Shown: piece by piece, positions 57,715 to 64,000 of the stretch
Layout of the letters: the number at the start of each line of letters is the position of its first letter
Numbering within the stretch: position 1 is the stretch's first letter
Origin: an uncultured Gemmatimonadales bacterium
GTDB lineage: Bacteria > Gemmatimonadota > Gemmatimonadetes > Gemmatimonadales > GWC2-71-9
DNA length: 64,000 nucleotides
NCBI GenBank assembly: GCA_963728915.1
Contig: CAVSLV010000001.1
Span: forward strand, 224,001-288,000
Direction of reading: 5' to 3'
The notes under the pieces: model-generated
What the model was told of the DNA's origin: nothing
Databases searched by the model: none
The model's input: only the letters and a program-made list of their open reading frames with translations
Made by a program: the position numbers and the translations under genes

Positions 57715-58252
57715 CGTCCTCCGGCGGACCGGCGGTCGATCGGTCAAATCGATCGTCTACGATGAAGAGGCCATCGCCGCCAAGGTCGCCGAGCTGGGAG
57801 CCACCATCAGCGAGGCGTACCCGGATGGCGAGCTGCTGGTGCTCGGATTGCTGAAGGGAAGTTTCATTTTTCTGGGCGATCTGGTGCGCCGGATCGAACG
57901 CCCGCTCCAGGTGGATTTCCTGGTGGCGAGCTCGTATGGGGCGGGGACGACTTCCTCCGGGAACGTCCGGTTGCTCTACGATCCGGAGACCCAGCTCGAA
58001 GGGAAGCACATTGTGGTGGTGGAGGACATCGTGGATAGCGGCAATACGGTTCGGAAACTCATGGAGCTCCTCTCCGAGCGGCGGCCCGCCTCGCTGGCGG
58101 TCTGCGCCTTGCTCGACAAGGTGTCCATGCATCCACCGATGCCGGAAATGAGATTCGTCGGATTCCAGGCCCCGACGGCGTTCCTGGTGGGCTATGGCCT
58201 GGATCATGCCGAGGACTTTCGGCATCTTCCTTTTATTGCGGACCTGACGTAA
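57698..58252 (+). CDS. hpt: Hypoxanthine phosphoribosyltransferase
   Basis: LLKGSFIF, VVEDIVDSGNT and FLVGYGLD. Confidence 0.95.
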   Translation: MPSNASVLRRTGGRSVKSIVYDEEAIAAKVAELGATISEAYPDGELLVLGLLKGSFIFLGDLVRRIERPLQVDFLVASSYGAGTTSSGNVRLLYDPETQLEGKHIVVVEDIVDSGNTVRKLMELLSERRPASLAVCALLDKVSMHPPMPEMRFVGFQAPTAFLVGYGLDHAEDFRHLPFIADLT

Positions 58253-60228
<1,976 letters not shown>

Positions 60229-60232
<4 letters not shown>

Positions 60233-61395
60233 GGCTGGTCCCCCTGGCCGGCCGCGTTGAACACGCGGTCCGGGTCGCCCTCCTGTCCCACGGATGGGAG
60301 GGCGATTTGTCGTTCACCACCTCGGCCGGCCTGGAATCCCTGGCCTTCGAAATCCGTGACGTGCCCGGCGCGACGCTCCAGGACCTGGTCACCACCACGG
60401 CCCGCCTGGGTATCGACCTGATCACCGGCCCCGACTGGGTCATTCTCTCCGGCACCCGGGCCCGCTTGTCCGCCCTGGCCCGGCCGTGGGTGGTTTCCCC
60501 ATCGCTCACCGAGATTGCGGTTTCCCTGGGCCACGCGCTTCCCGGTGAAGAGCCCCTGCTCTGGCAGACGGTCGCCGGTCCCGTCGATCTCACGGAACCG
60601 GTGATCATGGGAATCCTGAACGCGACGCCGGATTCCTTCAGCGATGGAGCCACCTTTGCCGAACCGGGCGCGGCGGCGGAGCGGGCGGAGACACTCTTCG
60701 AATCCGGAGCACGAATCATCGACGTGGGCGGGGAGTCCACCCGTCCAGGGGCTCGACCAGTCGCCGAGGCGGAGGAGCTGACCCGGATCGTTCCGGTGGT
60801 CGAAGCGATCGTCCGTCGAGTTCCCCAGGCCGTGGTCTCGATCGACACCACCAAGGCGCCGGTGGCGCGGGCAGCGCTCGACGCGGGGGCGGGCATCGTG
60901 AATGATGTATCGGGGCTTCGGCTCGACCCGGACATGGGAGCGCTCTGCGCGGAGCGAAAAGCCGGTTTGGTGCTGATGCATTCCCGGGGCGAGCCCGGGA
61001 CGCTCGCCTCCGAGGGACACGCTGCCTATCCCGATGGGGTGCTGATCGCGGTTCAGACCGAGCTGGCCGGCGCCCTGGAGCGAGCCCGCCGGAGCGGAGT
61101 CTCGCTCGAGCGCGTCGTGGTCGACCCCGGGCTCGGGTTCGGCAAGACGGTCGAGCAGAGCGTCGAGCTGATGGCCGGGCTGCGGGTCCTTCGCACCCTG
61201 GGGAGGCCCATCCTGATCGGTCCGTCACGGAAGCGATTCCTGGGGACCCTGACCGGTCGGGTGGTGGAGCAGCGGGACATCGCCACCGCGGCGACGTGCG
61301 CGTTAGGGTGGCAGGCGGGCGCGCGGCTCTTCCGGGTGCACGAGCCGGGACCTGCACGTGATGCCCTCGCGGTCGCCCGGGCCATGGGGGGCTGA
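60229..61395 (+). CDS. folP: Dihydropteroate synthase with an N-terminal extension of about 120 aa
   Basis: [40 protein letters not shown] and RVH. Confidence 0.95.
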
Positions 61396-61400
61396 CGAGC

Positions 61401-63752
61401 ATGCGGGTCGATCCGCCCTATCGCCTGGCGCTGGCGATCTCGGGCGTGGTGCTGCTCGGACTCCTGATTTCCCTGGCGCCGTCCGTCACGTTCTGGGATG
61501 CCGGCGAGCTCATTGCGGCGATGAAGGTGCTCGGGATTCCCCATCCACCCGGCACCCCGTTGTTCGTCATGATGGGACACGTCTTCGCCACGATGTTTCC
61601 CTTCGGTGAGTTCGCGTTCCGCACCAACCTGCTGAGTGCCCTGTTCGCCTCGGCGGGAGCCGGATGCTGGTTTCTGGTTCTCCACGAAGCCGCGCTCCGG
61701 TTCCAGCTCGCGTTCCCGCTGGGAGACGACGGCACGGACCAGGAGCGCCTGGTCTGGAACGCCCGGGCGGCGGCGGCGGCCGGCAGCGTCATCGCCGCGT
61801 TCACGTTCTCCAACTGGCTGAACAGCAACGAAACCGAGGTCTACGCAGTTTCGACCTTCGCGATCGCAGCGACCTGCTGGCTGATGCTGCGTTGGCGGGC
61901 GGCGCGGGGCACTCCTCGAGCCCGTCGCTTCCTGCTGCTGGTGGGCTACCTGCTCGGTCTTGCGGTGGGCAACCATCTGCTCGGACTTCTGGCGGGGCCT
62001 GCAGTCGTGGCATTCATGGCCGCGGAGCTGCGGGGCAATCCCGCCAGGGATGAACAGGAGCGACGGCGCGAATGGGCGGACCCGGCCATGATGGCCGGGG
62101 CCTGGGCGCTGCTGGTCGGGGTCGGTCTGGCCAGTCCCACCCTGGCGACCATCGGCGTGGTGGCGGTTCTGGGCGCCCTTGGGTTTGCGGTCACCCGCCG
62201 GGAGGCGGGGTTCGCTTTCCTGCTCATCGGCATCGCCCTGGTTGGAATCACTCCCTATCTCTTCCTCTACCTCCGCGCCGGCCAGCATCCGGTCCTGAAC
62301 GAGGCGGATCCCTCGAGCTGGCGCGCCCTGGTGGACGTCATTCGCCGGGCCCAGTATCCGGTGCGCACTCCGTTCGACGATCCGACCGTGGCGCACGAGG
62401 ATCCCTCGAATCCAGGCCGCGGGCTCCGGATCGTGGTGCTCCAGCTGGCCAACTATCTCCAGTATTTCGACTGGCAATGGGCCAATGGGCTCCGCGCCGC
62501 GGTGCTCGGCTTCCCGCTTCGGATCCTGGCCACCCTGGGCTTCGCCGGGCTGGGAATCCGCGGGTGGCTGGCCCAGTGGCGCAGCGACCGGAGCGGGGCA
62601 TGGCTGCTCGGCGGGTTGTTTCTCGTCACCGGGTTAGGCCTCGTGGCCTACATGAATTTCAAGCCGGGGTTCAGCATCGGCTACAACTGGTTTCCCGAGG
62701 TGGGGCCGCACGAGGTCCGGGACCGGGACTACTTCTTCGTGGTGAGCTTCGTCACCTGGGGGCTGTGGGCAGGACTGGGACTGCTCGCCCTGCTCCGGCG
62801 ATTCAAAACGCCCGCGCGAGTCGCCCTGCTGGCCGTCGGAGTGATCCCCTTTGCGCTCAACTTTCCGGTGACCAACCGCCGTTTCGGCCCTGACGCGCGG
62901 CTTCCCGGCGACGTCGCCTATGATCTCCTCAACTCGGTCCCGCCCTACGGCATTCTCTTCACCTATGGCGACAACGACACCTTCCCGCTCTGGTGGGCCC
63001 AGGAGGTTGCCGGGATCAGACGGGACGTGACGGTCATCTGCCTGGCCCTCGCCGAGACCGATTGGTACATGCGCCAGCTCCGGGATCAGCCGGTTCGGCC
63101 TTTCGAACCGGCGGGCGCCGACTCGATCTGGCGGGGATTGGCGGGGCCCAGGCCCGACTGGCCGCTCCATACCCTGACCGATCCGGAGATCGACGCCGCG
63201 ATTCCCCGGATCCTTCCCCGGGACGTGCTGCTTCCCGTGGGCCCGCGCCAGGTGACCCTCCCGGCGAACACCGTGCTGTACGGGAAGGACTTTCTTTCCA
63301 TTCGGGTGATTCAGCAGAACTTCGGGCGGCGGCCGATCGTCTGGGCGGTGACGGCGGCCGGGAAATACTACGGCCTCGACCGTCAGGTGGTTCAGCGCGG
63401 GCTCGGCATCGAGCTCGACACCGTGCCGGTTGATACCACCCTCGCCAAGTACGACATGACCCGGCTCATGGGGGTCCCACTCGACGTTCCCGCCACCGCC
63501 CTTTTGATGGACCAGGTGTACCGTTACGCCGGGCTGCTGGATCGCCCGACCGGGAACCTGGAGCCGACGGCGAGCGGGATGGGGAGTACCCTCGGGCTTC
63601 CCTATCTGCAGCTCTCCTTCGCGGCCGAAAGCCGGGGGGACAGCCTGCGCATGGTCCGGTGGCTCGACCGCGCAAGCAAACTCTCCCAGAACCCTGCCAT
63701 GAGGGACCGGCTCGAATCGCTCCGGCGTACGCTCCCTTCTACCGGACGGTAA
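61401..63752 (+). CDS. DUF2723 (TMEM260-like, GT-C-type) membrane protein
   Basis: APSVTFWDAGE...LGIPHPPGTP, ETEVY, RDRDYFF and FTYGDNDTFPLW. Confidence 0.85.
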   Translation: MRVDPPYRLALAISGVVLLGLLISLAPSVTFWDAGELIAAMKVLGIPHPPGTPLFVMMGHVFATMFPFGEFAFRTNLLSALFASAGAGCWFLVLHEAALRFQLAFPLGDDGTDQERLVWNARAAAAAGSVIAAFTFSNWLNSNETEVYAVSTFAIAATCWLMLRWRAARGTPRARRFLLLVGYLLGLAVGNHLLGLLAGPAVVAFMAAELRGNPARDEQERRREWADPAMMAGAWALLVGVGLASPTLATIGVVAVLGALGFAVTRREAGFAFLLIGIALVGITPYLFLYLRAGQHPVLNEADPSSWRALVDVIRRAQYPVRTPFDDPTVAHEDPSNPGRGLRIVVLQLANYLQYFDWQWANGLRAAVLGFPLRILATLGFAGLGIRGWLAQWRSDRSGAWLLGGLFLVTGLGLVAYMNFKPGFSIGYNWFPEVGPHEVRDRDYFFVVSFVTWGLWAGLGLLALLRRFKTPARVALLAVGVIPFALNFPVTNRRFGPDARLPGDVAYDLLNSVPPYGILFTYGDNDTFPLWWAQEVAGIRRDVTVICLALAETDWYMRQLRDQPVRPFEPAGADSIWRGLAGPRPDWPLHTLTDPEIDAAIPRILPRDVLLPVGPRQVTLPANTVLYGKDFLSIRVIQQNFGRRPIVWAVTAAGKYYGLDRQVVQRGLGIELDTVPVDTTLAKYDMTRLMGVPLDVPATALLMDQVYRYAGLLDRPTGNLEPTASGMGSTLGLPYLQLSFAAESRGDSLRMVRWLDRASKLSQNPAMRDRLESLRRTLPSTGR

Positions 63753-63773
63753 CTCCATTTATTTTTGGTGGTT

Positions 63774-64000
63774 ATGGCTTTCCCGGGGCTTTCCGCGAGG
63801 GTCGCCCAGATCCGGGATGAGATTCGGCTTCACCAGGTGCGGGGAGGCTTTTCCCACCAGGTCCGGATCATCGCGGTCACCAAATCGCATGGACCGGAAG
63901 CGGTCCGCGCCGCGGTCGAGGTCGGATTGCCGGATGTGGGGGAAAACCGGGTTCAGGAGGCATTGGGGAAACAGGAGCAGCTCGGGGATCTTCCGGTTCG
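63774..64000 (+). CDS. yggS: PLP homeostasis protein YggS (5' part, runs off the window)
   Basis: MAFPGL...IIAVTKSHG...GENRVQEA. Confidence 0.85.
   Translation, partial: MAFPGLSARVAQIRDEIRLHQVRGGFSHQVRIIAVTKSHGPEAVRAAVEVGLPDVGENRVQEALGKQEQLGDLPV

Overview
GC-rich bacterial chromosomal window, most likely Gemmatimonadota (inferred from three paralogous Hanks-type kinases starting ALA[D/G]RY...LG.GGMATVYLA.DLKH.R.VA.KVLKPELAAVLG..RF and several large secreted S9 peptidases). It holds about 45 genes and I found no rRNA, tRNA or CRISPR. Left end: clan AA protease, kinase/beta-propeller gene, a small-protein + DUF6036-like nucleotidyltransferase pair, a Phd-VapC toxin-antitoxin pair, and a CBS-kinase-multicopper oxidase run. 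Middle: transporters, lipoproteins, a GMC/Gfo-Idh-MocA/duplicated membrane protein operon, lipid-modifying genes behind a sigma-54 promoter, peptidases, mmsA + class III aminotransferase, a MacA/MacB/TolC-like pump with no ATPase gene, and tamAB. Right end: housekeeping run solA, fahA, pdxH, CDF, tilS-hpt-ftsH-folP, DUF2723 and partial yggS. Two observations stand out. (1) A decayed integron at 44.6-47.5 kb: an intI remnant pointing towards its cassette, which carries a 2.4-kb Ser/Thr kinase-TPR gene and ends in a deleted attC. (2) A dispersed CGNGTTAGG motif (at least 14 copies, 10 exactly CGGGTTAGG) that sits inside genes in several frames and both orientations and uses codons that are rare at this GC content. 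Several single-base indels in the first 18 kb may be consensus errors. All calls come from reading the sequence by eye; no database searches were run.
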